Shown one piece after another: positions 1 to 13,240 of a stretch of DNA of 64,000 nucleotides. The position numbers and the translations under genes are program-made. The notes under the pieces are model-generated. The model worked only from the letters and a program-made list of their open reading frames with translations, was not told where the DNA came from and made no database searches. Where the stretch lies: contig OZ024744.1 in NCBI GenBank assembly GCA_964016885.1, forward strand, positions 83,700,001-83,764,000, written 5' to 3'. The stretch comes from Eledone cirrhosa (taxonomy: Eukaryota). How positions within the stretch are numbered: the stretch's first letter is position 1; each line of letters opens with the position of its first letter.

Positions 1-210
1 ATGAAATGTGAGCGAGAAAAGGATTTCACACAGGTCAGCCGGGAGGAAGTGAGAGAGGGGAGTAACAGAGAGTGAGTGAGTGAAAGTGTGGGAAAGAGGC
101 CAACCGAGAGAGGGTGACTGGCAGAGGGGGTGAATGAAGGTAAGAGATACAAGGAGAGAGAAAGAGGATAGCAGTAAGAAAGAAACAGACTGGTCACAGC
201 GGAGAGAAAT
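1..210. repeat. Fragment of dispersed repeat also present at ~47000-47200
   Basis: Shared words: gagagtgagtgagtgaaagtgtg / gagagtgagtgaatgaaagtgtg; gagagaaagaggatagcagt; gtcacagcg. Confidence 0.7.
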
Positions 211-456
211 ATATAAATATAATTAGGTCAGGGCAAGACTTGTGAAAGATATCCTAAAATGGGAAACTGTTAGAAAGCCGACTGGATAGAGGACTGGGCT
301 TGTATTTCACATGCTTAGTCTTGTCACGCTGATTTTCCTGGACAATTAAGTTACGCGTAGACCATTCTTTGGAATATTCCGTCATTGCACAATAATTCAA
401 TGAGTAAGTTCCATTAAACCAGCAACAAAACGCTCATCCGTCTCTACCAATGATAG

Positions 457-568
457 TTCAATCCCGCCGAGGTTGACTTTGCCTTTCATCCTTACAGGGT
501 CGATAAAATAAAGTATCAGTAATGCATTGGATAATTGCTGGCCTTGTGCCTAAAGTAGAAACAATTAT
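457..568 (+). mobile_element. tRNA-derived Nin-domain SINE, 3' half
   Basis: gttcaatcccgccgaggttgactttgcctttcatccttacagggtcgataaaataaagta...ggccttgtgcctaaagtagaaacaatta; matches other copies in the window. Confidence 0.85.
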
Positions 569-610
569 ATACAGACAAACATATATATATATATAAATAT
601 ATATATATGT

Positions 611-899
611 ACATATTATAATAGAATATAAAAGAAAAACGAACACAGACATATACATATAAGTGTTCAAATCGTAAGGGACCGGATTCGCTCAGGTGAA
701 AAGAATACTAACTATAGACAATTGGGTCTGCTTGTCTCAATTTAAGAAAAAATTAAGCAAATAAATGCAATATATGTATATGTCTGTGTTCGTTTTTCTT
801 TTATATTCTATTATAATATACGGCTCGGAAATATCTCTTTCTTGGAGCTGTTTTATTGTAAGAGACTATTTTGAGTTCCTAACTCAATATATAACTTTG

Positions 900-905
<6 letters not shown>
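611..905 (+). mobile_element. Short hairpin PLE-like remnant in (TA)n (arms ~613-660 / 771-819 plus one-sided tail)
   Basis: Inverted arms atattataatagaatataaaagaaaaacgaacacagacatatacatat; tail cggctcggaa... is similar to 48320-48420. Confidence 0.6.
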
Positions 906-2325
<1,420 letters not shown>

Positions 2326-5300
2326 ATCATTTTCTTTATTTTTGCCTCTATTTTTCGTTCTTTGTTGTTTATTTTTGTTGCTGTTTATTCTCTATGTGTT
2401 TGTATTTAGTTACTTGACAGGAGACAGGTTATTAAGGCAATCAGAGAACTTACACCTATCGACTGCTCCGTACACATATAGAGCGATAAGTAGAATTGCA
2501 CATATACATAACTGTACTATATAGCATATGAGCATGTATTCACGAGTGTTCACAGATTCTTCAAGTCATATAATTATACGTTTGTGTATGTAAGCATTCA
2601 CGCACTTATGTTAACAGACAAACTGAGATGGGTGTATTGTTATTCATACATTCATATGTTCATGCACGTACATCATTTCATAGTATAGCAATAAGTAAGA
2701 TATCTGTGCTCATGGTTTTCCTAAGCGCTGCAATAGGTCATACTGCTTAGAGTATGGACAGCCAACTCATTGAATATAGTGCGTTTATCATAGCTGCACC
2801 TTCAATGAGATCTATAAGTACATTCTTGTCTCTTGAATTACAAGAAAAGTATATATGTGGTTTATTTCAGCTTATATCTCGCTAGATTTCTTCACATAAT
2901 TCCGAAAGATTGTGATGAATATTTTAGCCTTATGGCCATACACACACACATACATACATACATGCCTACATAGTGACTGCAAACTCTGCTGAGAGCATAG
3001 CAATCGCTTGTCAGATTATAGAGTTTGGTGCACTTTTGGGCTACGGCCAGCCACATGAACCTGTAACAGATCCTGAACAAGCAATGTCTGTGCAATACAT
3101 ACATACACACATACATACACACACACATACATACATACACACATACATACATACACACACACATACATACATACATAGATACACACATACACACATACGC
3201 TTTTTCTTGTACATTTGGACGCTTAAACCTTGCTTATGAATTTCATTGAGAGCACAACTACATTTGGAATGCATGAAGGTGTTTGATTTAATGATAAGAG
3301 TGCTGACTGCACGATAGTATGACCGTAAGTTGAAATCCTAGAATGTGCAGGGCTTATTTTCCTTGCGCAAACAATGCATTTCTCATTGTTCCAATCCACC
3401 CACCTCGGGAAAGACTAGTTGCGTCGAAACTGGTGCTAAGATGTATGGTTATTTGCTTTTCCATTGAACAACATTAACGTTGTAGAGAACGGAGTCATGC
3501 TCAAGTCTTCCTTCAACAAAACACTATGTCCAGACTTGTGTTACAGAGAGACAAACCCACGATCAATTAAAAAAGGCAAGTCATGACCTAATGGGTGGGG
3601 TACCTTTCCTATGTTCTGCATAACAAAAAATAAATTGTTATGCATGAAAGTATTACCCGTGAACTTGGTGATAATTCCACCATTAACATAGAATGTAGCA
3701 TTTCTTGAACTTGTCACCGTCACGCCACATTCTTGAAGGTTATGATTTTGAAATCTAAGAGCAGGAGATAGGTACGAAATATATAATGAACAAAGAGGAC
3801 ATTAACGCCTTTAAAACACATGTATGCAAAGGAATATATCGATTGTGTCACATTTCTAACATTGGAAAGTGTCTTCATATACCTCGGACAGGAAATCAGT
3901 ATGCGTCAGAAGAAGCCCTGTACAAACATGTCCTCCACTGAACGGCGTGTATCTAGGGAACCAATAGGGAAATGTTTTGGATCGTGGATGGAGATACATT
4001 TGATGATTACGTCTCGAAATAGCTTACAATGATAGGTAATTAACTATTGTCATTGTCGTTGTTTCATTTTGTTTTTTTGTCTGTACTAATTTATTGTTGA
4101 GGAAGAGTTTGTTCCGATAACCTGACATAATCACCTGACATAATAACCCAGAAGACGGTAAGATTTACGCAGTTACTATTCTTCTCAAACAACTGTAAGT
4201 TAACGGCTATTGGGGAGACAAGACATGGAGTAAATACCAGTTAGTTGAAAGTTGGGTAAGAAAGGAATAGATAGAGTGATTTGTTTGGTTCAGAGTAGGG
4301 GGAACAACTGTGTGAAGAGATGAAGAGAGTCAAGTAAATCGAGTGGCTCTGAGTGGATGTAGTACGGGATTAGCTCGCTCTGAAGAATGGAGGCTACTTT
4401 AGTAGAAGTAGAAAAGGCAAAGTGGGAGAAACAATCTAGACAAAGTGTTTTCGTGGGAGACTTCATTGTAATCAGTAGTGTAGCCAATTTTTATGTAGTC
4501 TGTGTTGTATAGGGATTTTGGAAATGGAGTTTTTTATAGGATTAGTAAACATTGCAAGCTGAAGTATGTTATGGCAGTACTTTGTTACAAGTGGTTGCTT
4601 ATATGCTTATACTTCGAAAAGTGTGGGACGTCCATTCTATTTCCACCACACTGTTGAGCTAGACGAAGGGCTCACTGGTAAGGTGCAGTAAAATCTTGAA
4701 CATTAAAAAAAAACTTTCTCGTTTTTTTCTTTAAAAATAAAAATTCTTTGGCTTACTCATATTCAATGAAGTAGACGACAGATTTAGTTTTACCGCTAAC
4801 ATGCCTGTCATAATAATCCCTCACCACAACTCACTCTTAAATCGTCAACAATGTTGTTGAAACCGTTGGAAGATTGTCAATCTACGCACTGGCAGTTGTT
4901 GAATAAAATATCAGTATCTCCTGTAAATATGGAAGACACTGAAAGCGTTGATATTCTTATACGGAATGTATATTTACAAATAGAAAGATGAAAGACTCAC
5001 ATTTCATGATATATATATATATAAACAATGTGATAACCTCGCGGAGATTCGATTAAAGAGAGAATGCACGAGTGTACTAAAACAATTGAACTTTAAACGT
5101 AGGAAAATAAATTAAGAAATCTAATGTCATGTTAAACAACATAGAAAAAAGGAAATGTTACAACTACTGAAGGAATGAATAAAATAGACAGTACACAATA
5201 CTCACACACACGCAAACACACACACATAAACACACACACACATACACAAACACAGAGACACACACACACACACACGCACAGACGCACACACACACACACA

Positions 5301-5469
5301 CACACAAACGCACGAAAGAAAAGATTCGAAATAAATATCACAGAGAAAGATTAATACTTAAAATAGGACTAAATGATAAAAGTAAGGTAGTAGACATCAA
5401 TAATCTAGCCTTCGAGTAACAGGATATAAATATAAGATTTTAAAATAAAGCATTAGGAAGACTAGACGA

Positions 5470-6060
5470 AAAGGCAAGAAATTTACTGAGCTTATAATAT
5501 ATCACCAAACATATTACATACACAAATTACATTTACCACGAATACTGGGACGTACAGAAGTCTTCTGTAACCCCCCCCCCCCCCAACATTTATAAAACCT
5601 TTATAACAACCAGTGTACAACTGCAAAAATAAAATGTAGTAAAGAAATGGAAACCTATAAATAGTTACAAAACAAGCATACTAGCATATGCCTTCAAGAA
5701 TCATGGCAAACACAGCCCAACTTGGAATTCGTGAGACTACCTAACAAACAGTCATAGTTGAGACAGGAGGACTTTAATGGTGACACAGAATAGGAGCCCT
5801 CTACAAAGATACGACTAAAATTATTTAATGAAGCGCAATGTATTCGGTAACTGTGGAAAATGTGCAAGTTGTGATGATATTAAAACATATTAATCTAGCT
5901 GCCCTGTCTTAGCCAAGAGAGAATACAACTATACGTATGACAGAGTAGGGACTTTCATACTCTGGCAGTTATACTGGCTTTAATACAAATGCAAACACGG
6001 TGGTGTAAATATACACCATATAAGGTCTTGAAGAAGGACTAGGACATCAACTCTAAAATA
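5470..6060 (+). pseudogene. Decayed R4/Dong-like (RLE-type) non-LTR retrotransposon fragment
   Basis: Frame remnants resembling LYLPR..GGRG (~5530) and SCPVLAKREYNYTYDRVG (~5900-5950), like the CCHC region before the RLE domain. Confidence 0.5.
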
Positions 6061-6924
6061 TGGCAGTCTATTGAAGTTTAATCGGCATTATATTATTTTG
6101 AAAGTCTATCGGAAGATGAAGTGTGTTTTCATTGAAGCATCTGTCAAATATAAAGATCTGGATATATAGATATGTGAGGGAGATAGTGTATAGTGCGTTC
6201 ATATTTACCATACGTATTGATAATGTAACCAAAAACAAATTGAAAAGTACTATTAGGATCTCTAAGAAAAAAACAATTTCTAATATAATTCGCTTAGATA
6301 GGAACAAAATATGTGTAGTGAAACAAAAAACAGAAAATGTATATTATTTAAAATCTCATCTGTAAAATTTGTTGTCAATTTCAAATCAAAATACGAATAT
6401 ATTTCGAGGGACAACGATTACTGATTACATCTAAAATCAACACATGCTCGTAGAGAATTTTCCAACTGAGAAATAATAATAATAAGAAGAAGAATACATT
6501 GTTACTATATTTCCTAACTTAAATATCATGAAATATTTTAGCAACAATAACAATTTGAACATCAAGGATAATATCATATGTGGAAACAAAAGGGAAAATA
6601 TTGGGTGCAATTTAAATGATCTGATTAAGGGAATGTATTTATGTATAAAGAAACAATGTACGAAAGTAGAATTAATAGTGAAATATTCGATTAAACAACA
6701 GTACAGCACTAGTGGACCAAACAATGCAGCTATATAGGAATTTTATACAATGAATTGTGAGAGGATCAAAGACCATGCTCACTTGTTAAAGATCTCTGGA
6801 AAGAAAAGAAAAACATTCATTAATGAATGAGAATATCAATTTTAAAAAAATAACAAACGAAAGACCAACCCAATAATGATAATACTGTTGTTATAGTATA
6901 ATAATTATTGTGAAGATGATTACG

Positions 6925-7270
6925 GTAGTGTTGATGGTGATGATCGTGTGGTGATCGTGGGGTGGTGGTGTTGGCGGTGGGGGTGGCGCTGGTGGTGGTG
7001 GTGATGGTGATGATGGTGGTGGTGATAGTTGTGGTGGTGGTGGTGGTGGCAGTGGTTGTGATGCTGGTAGTGCTGGTCGTACTGGTGGTAGTGCTGGTCG
7101 TACTGGTGTTGGTGTTAGTGGTTTTGTTGGTGGTGGTTATGGTGGTAGTGGTGGTAGTGGTGTTGGTGCTACTGGTGCTGATGGTACTGGTTCTGATGGT
7201 ACTGGTGCTGGTGTTAGTGGTTGTGATGGTGGTGGTGGTGGTGCTGCTGCTGCTGGTGGTACTGGTAATA
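6925..7270. repeat. (GGT/GTG)n degenerate trinucleotide repeat
   Basis: Direct reading; explains the poly-Val ORF 6962..7477. Confidence 0.9.
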
Positions 7271-7364
7271 ACGGATGTAATGATGCTGAAAATGTTAATA
7301 ATGTTGCTAAATATAAGGATTATAACAATAATGCTAGAAATAATAATTTTTAAAAAATATTCTA

Positions 7365-7548
7365 ATAATTGTTTCTACTTTTGGCACAAGGCCAGCAATT
7401 ATCTCAGTACATTACTGGTACTTTATTTTATCGACCCCGTATGGATGAAAGGCAAAGTCAACCTCGGTGGGGTTTGAACTCAGATCGTAAAGGGACGTAA
7501 CTATGCTGGAAAGCATGGCGTCCAACCCTTTACCGATACTGCCAATCC
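7365..7548 (-). mobile_element. Full-length tRNA/Nin SINE
   Basis: Minus strand: A-box tggcagtatcgg, B-box gagttcaaacc, Nin domain tttcatcc..ggggtcgataaaataaagtaccag, tail gtagaaacaattatt. Confidence 0.9.
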
Positions 7549-7555
7549 AACTAAT

Positions 7556-7740
7556 AAATAATTGTTTCTACTTTTGGCACAAGGCCAGCAATTACCCAGT
7601 ACATTACTGGTACTTTATTTTATCGACCTCGTAAGGATGAAAGGCAAAGTCAACCTCGGCGGGATTTGAACTCAGACTGTAAAGGGACGTAACTATGCTG
7701 CAAAGCATGTCGTCCAACCCTCTACCGATACTGCCAATTC
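7556..7740 (-). mobile_element. Second full-length SINE, head-to-tail with the previous copy
   Basis: Same sequence repeated immediately adjacent. Confidence 0.9.
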
Positions 7741-7834
7741 ACCAATATTCTAATAATGATAATCATAATGGTTCCGGCAAGTAAAGCATGAACATAATAT
7801 CGATGGTGTTTATGATCGTCATCGTTGTCGTCGG

Positions 7835-7884
<50 letters not shown>

Positions 7885-8612
7885 TAAAGAAAAAATATAA
7901 TGAAAATCATTTAAGACCACGTGAGTAGGGAAATACACAAAAGGAATTCATGAAAAAAAAAAGGAACAATTAAAACGAGATTAACAATAAATGTACTAAG
8001 AGCAACAACGATGATGATGATAAATTTAAAAAAAAAGGAAATACCATTGAATATCACGATGATTACTGTGAGGAAAAAAATCGTAATAAAATACAATAAA
8101 TAATGAAAATGAAAATAATAATGATTTTTTTATCACCACAATGGTGACAAATGGGAGGCATTACAAGGATAAATTACCAAATGAAGATGGTTTTTTTAAA
8201 AGCGTATAACTAATACGCATGAGAAAAAAACAATAATAATATTACAGGGAAATTACATGGAACCAATATGAGGGTTGATCAAGCGTTCTTTCAAATCCTG
8301 TATCACTCTGACTGTTGATTAGATATAAAAAGCCGCACGTACAAATTTTGATAATAGAGAATAAGGGCCTTTATAAATATTGCCTCGAAACTGGCAGTTT
8401 TCCTTTTCATTTTCTAGTTTTTACTAATATCAACCGGCAGAAAATCCAGGGGTAGACTCTCACCGCGAGCAAGATGGTTCGATAACATCCATGAGCTTGG
8501 CTTGTCTTGCTTGGAGATCCAGCCGGATCAGTTGGAGAAGGTTGCTTCTGACAGGACTAGTTTGAAGGTGCGTTTGAAGGTGCCACCACGACCCTCTCAG
8601 GGATTAGTAAGC

Positions 8613-8614
<2 letters not shown>

Positions 8615-8679
<65 letters not shown>

Positions 8680-8728
8680 AAGAAGAAGAAGAAGAAGAAG
8701 AAGAAGAAGAAGAAGAAGAAGAAGAAGA
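8615..8728. repeat. (GTA)n(GAA)n compound microsatellite
   Basis: Direct reading. Confidence 0.95.
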
Positions 8729-8817
8729 ATTATATCCTATGTTTACATATACATAATGCGTTGGGAGTCCTAGACACATGGAACGGATTTGCCAACACAG
8801 GAATAATATAAAAATGA

Positions 8818-8860
8818 TGTAGTCTGATGAAGGATTATAATGCGAAAGCGTTCACAATCA
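8818..8860 (+). ncRNA. Degenerate minimal hammerhead motif
   Basis: CUGAUGA(8824)-AGGAUUAUAAUGC-GAAA-GCGU-UC; stems imperfect. Confidence 0.4.
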
Positions 8861-9156
8861 ACTAGGCTCGTAGACTGTAGACACGTGACCGTTCACGGTA
8901 ACTATGCTAACACTATCCTACCATATTTCTAAATCTATAGCTAACCCTAGATTTACCATTAAATATATTCGTCTTTCTACAGATCTGCCTTTACATAAAC
9001 AATAATAAAACACAAGAGATATACCATTTTAAAGCAAATTTTATCTCATCTATTGTAATATATTATAGATTCTCCCTCTCAGGTCCCTGAAGCTATCTCT
9101 TCATACCTTTCCTTGAACTACACACACCACGAACACTACACAACCCACTACACACA

Positions 9157-9245
<89 letters not shown>

Positions 9246-9352
9246 ACACACACACACACACACAAGCATACACACACAATTTATTTTTTCATTTCCCCAT
9301 TCCTTTCTATTCTCCCTTTTTACTTTCTATATATCTTATATTTGTACCTCTA

Positions 9353-9388
9353 TCTTCTGAAAATGGACTATAGTCCGAAACGTTGAGA
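9353..9388 (+). ncRNA. Minimal type-I hammerhead motif, one core mismatch
   Basis: UCUU-CUGAAAA-U-GGACU AU AGUCC-GAAA-CG-UU-GAGA; palindromic stem III ACGU. Confidence 0.55.
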
Positions 9389-9566
9389 CTCGCTTCCTGC
9401 TATTTAAAGTATTAAACTAATGTTTCTCTCCCCCTCTAAAATACCGTTTGATTAGTTATTCATGCTATGTCTACTTACCTTTTACACACACACACACACA
9501 CGAACACACACAAATATATATATTCCTTCCATATACTGTACCGTTTGTGTTTTTATTTCTTTTTAC

Positions 9567-9604
<38 letters not shown>

Positions 9605-9618
9605 CAGATATATATGTA

Positions 9619-9709
<91 letters not shown>

Positions 9710-10135
9710 CAAATTGTTTTATCTTTTTTATTATCGATTGTGTTGTTCCCTACTATATTTAGGTGTATAACTATAGACGCATTTAGATAGTTCTCTTGTG
9801 AGTATCTTTTCGCGATATATAGAATAACCCCGTGAAAAAATCAATTTTACATAAATGATGCAACATGTATTAAGAAAAATAGCAAAATTTATATTTAGAT
9901 AATTCATTCTATGATATATGACGCTTCGATAAAGAGTGATCTATAAAAAGAATGTCAAACTTAAAGAAGTATGTACTACGGAACTTTTCATTGAATTGTT
10001 CACCACACCAATCTTCCGCGACCCTCCGTCCTCAATCACCTTCCTCTTCTCTCTTCATCTTGTTACTTTTCTCGACTACCATGTTAGACTTCACACACCA
10101 TGCCCAACTAAACCGTTGAAGCGAAAACATACACA

Positions 10136-10200
<65 letters not shown>

Positions 10201-10382
10201 CAGAACATATACACACGCATTTCTAACTTAACGTTACATAGTGGGACCATTATCACATGTATTATCCTGACAAAGGACTAATATCCGATACTTGAACTTC
10301 TTTTCTCTTTTATCCAAAGTGTGAACCTAATAACAGTAATTGTTTTTGTATCTCTGTGTTTATCATTTTATATTATATTGTA

Positions 10383-10480
<98 letters not shown>

Positions 10481-10488
10481 CATAGAGC

Positions 10489-10617
10489 AAATATTTATTA
10501 AAATAACAGATTAAAGTTTAAGCAAACAATCGCTGCTTACACCCTCTGAAGATCCCGTTAAGGGTGAAAGCACCGATTCTTTGCTTAAACTTTAATCTGT
10601 TATTTTAATAAATATTT
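10489..10617. repeat. Fold-back hairpin (57-bp arms) centred on an HHR core
   Basis: Arms 10489-10545 / 10561-10617; CUGAAGA-U-CCC GUUAA GGG-U-GAAA at 10546-10569. Confidence 0.75.
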
Positions 10618-10669
10618 ATCGAAGAAAAAACATGTATCATAAGAGTAAAAGAAACAGAACTATGATATA

Positions 10670-11950
10670 ATATATTAGATGCCAATAGACGAAACTTGGA
10701 TAAGATTGATGTAAATAAGTATAAGCTGTTTACGTCTAATGACTTAAGTAAATATTACCAGAAGATAACTGTAAGCACACTTAACAACATAAATAGCTTG
10801 TGTAAGGCTATTGTAATTAACCTAGAATTTGAAAAATACACTGACCCTTATAAACCTATGACACCAAGTTCTCCCTTATGGATCACAAGTTTAATTTTAA
10901 TAATAAACCCTCGATTAGATTAATATGCCCCTCTACATGAGATATTGGTAAAATTAATAAAATAATCCTAGATACAATAATACCTAGATAAAAGTATATG
11001 CTATCAGGCAACACAGACCAAGTTATTGATTGGTTCACTACGATACAGGAAAAGAAATCACTTAAATTTCTATCTCCCCTATGCTATTAAACAAAGCTTT
11101 CATTTTAGCTAAATATAATACTAATATTACTAAAATAGACATAGTGCTTACTGCTAGACGTACTATGATGGAATTTGATGCCTCCTACTGGACCAGAGCC
11201 AACCAACCCGATAACTTTGATATCACGATGAGTAGAGAGACGCTGCCCAGGGAACGGACCTTGTCGGCATCTACATCCTTTACAGACTCAGACAGGAAAT
11301 CTCGGCACTTATTAGCGGTTTATATAGAGACGACTATATTTACTGCAAAAAATTACAAACTCTCGTTGAATAGAAAATCTTAGTAATTATATACACAAAT
11401 TCTTTAAAACAACAGCCTTTCGGTAACCATTGACTATAACCATAAGATAGGTAACTTCCTAGACGCAACATTAGAACTAGATACAGGCCTATAACAACCA
11501 TATCATAAGCCGGGTGAGATGCTTTCTTACATTAGCAAATTATCTAACCACCCCCTTCTATCCTCAACTCTATAGTGAAGAACGTCTCTTATAGAAACTC
11601 AAAGCTTTCAGCCAATGGGGACATATTTAACAGTGCGCTTGCAGCGCCAGGCTATATTAATAAGATATTTTACATCCATGATATTAAATCTCTTAATATC
11701 CCATATAATTGTAATATCGTAATCACACAACGCAGTAACATTACTAAGGATAGGAATAATTTAACTAGCTTAGGTAAGATGAATAACACCAAGGAGTAGC
11801 ATCATAGTAATAAAATAGTTAGGTATGGCTATAATAAACAAACTTACTACATAAATAAAATTGGGACAACTAACCTATATATTTCCTGATTATAGACACA
11901 ATACTGGGGATGCGCTGCTACCTACACCTACCAATAAGCATAGAATCAAG
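10670..11950 (+). pseudogene. Decayed Penelope-like reverse transcriptase
   Basis: Frameshifted homology to the 34112 ORF: RLICPS..DIGKI, LLNKAFILAK, YWTRANQPDNFDITM, LYRDD, NFLDATLELDTG..QPYHKP, SNHP. Confidence 0.85.
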
Positions 11951-12049
11951 CCTGCAAACTTCCTCAATGACATAGTAACATATAAGGCAAATAATGACGG
12001 GGCGTGCAAAAGGCCCGGTCTTGGTAGCAACAAGAATAATATCCATTAT

Positions 12050-12215
12050 GGCATTAGTGCCGAGCTTCAGGCCCACCGACTTTTCCTGGTTGATCATTGC
12101 CCCTGTCACCGCCTGATATTCTTTTAGTGTGGTGTCGATTGCCTCGATGCATTTGGCGTTCGACACCATTACGCTGACGTCGTCTGCATATGCTGACACG
12201 GTTCTTCTGCATCCC
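12050..12215 (-). pseudogene. Tx1/L1 RT fragment
   Basis: SAYADDVSVMVSNAKCIEAIDTTLKEYQAVTGAMINQEKSVGLKLGT, matching ORF 13859..15970. Confidence 0.85.
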
Positions 12216-12739
12216 AGTTTGTGCAGTAATGTCTGCGCACTTTTTGCAGCTTTTGTGAATGATGTCGCTTCTCTTTGCTGTGTTGGTTCATCGTTAGTCT
12301 TGCTTTTGTTTTTGTTGTTGTTAGTGGTGGTAGATACAGCCTTGTGTGTGTTTTTTTTCTGTGTTGCTGCTGTTACAGTTGTTGTTATTTGGGTTCTTTG
12401 TGGTTGTTGCTTCTTTTGCTGTTGTTATTAAGGTGGCGGTGGCCCTGGTGTTTGTTGATTTTTCTAACGACGGAAAATATTTAATGTAGTCTGACGCTGT
12501 GCTGCTACTGATAATCTAAAGTCGTTGGTGCTGCTGCTGCTGTTGAGGGGTGTGATTGAAAATAAACACGAATTCAACCCTTAAGCGCCCAAGATACAGT
12601 TAAAAAACCACCTCCTTTGAAAGAGGGGTTCTTTAGCAAGGCAACGATGTATAATATACTATAGAAAAGTTTCAATAATCACATGAAAAATCAACTGACT
12701 TACTCCGTCATAGTTACATAGGTCTCGAGAGATTCAGCA

Positions 12740-12842
12740 CAAATAATAATAATAACATCAACAACAACAACAAAAATAACAAGAATAACAACCACAAGAT
12801 CATCAATACGAAGAAGAACAACAACAACAGCAACAGCAGCAA

Positions 12843-12874
<32 letters not shown>

Positions 12875-12879
12875 GCAAC

Positions 12880-12958
<79 letters not shown>

Positions 12959-12970
12959 TTTTAATAATAA
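12740..12970. repeat. (AAC)n/(AAT)n microsatellite abutting the Tx1 3' end
   Basis: Direct reading. Confidence 0.9.
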
Positions 12971-13240
12971 TGTTTTCTTTATTAACTACAAGGGTTTACA
13001 TAAAGTAGACATTAAGGAGAGTACAGGACAATACAGGACGGTACAAATGGGCATTTCTGCGTGTAAAAAACAAAAACAGAGGATGTAACAAAAAAATAAC
13101 AACGAAAAATTCCCCGATAGGGCGGAGACATCGGAGGGACATTTGTGGAGAAAGCCCAGTAAAAGGCCACAGTGACCCTGACCACCAGGGCAAGTGCCCT
13201 GTCCCAGTTTTCCACCTTTAATTTACAGATACATACTCAT

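Noticed and set aside
7365-7740. CRISPR-like or satellite array
   Set aside because: Two tandem SINE copies; no repeat-spacer structure anywhere in the window
10261-10300. HHR-like CUGACAA..GAUA
   Set aside because: Two core mismatches and no stem I or III
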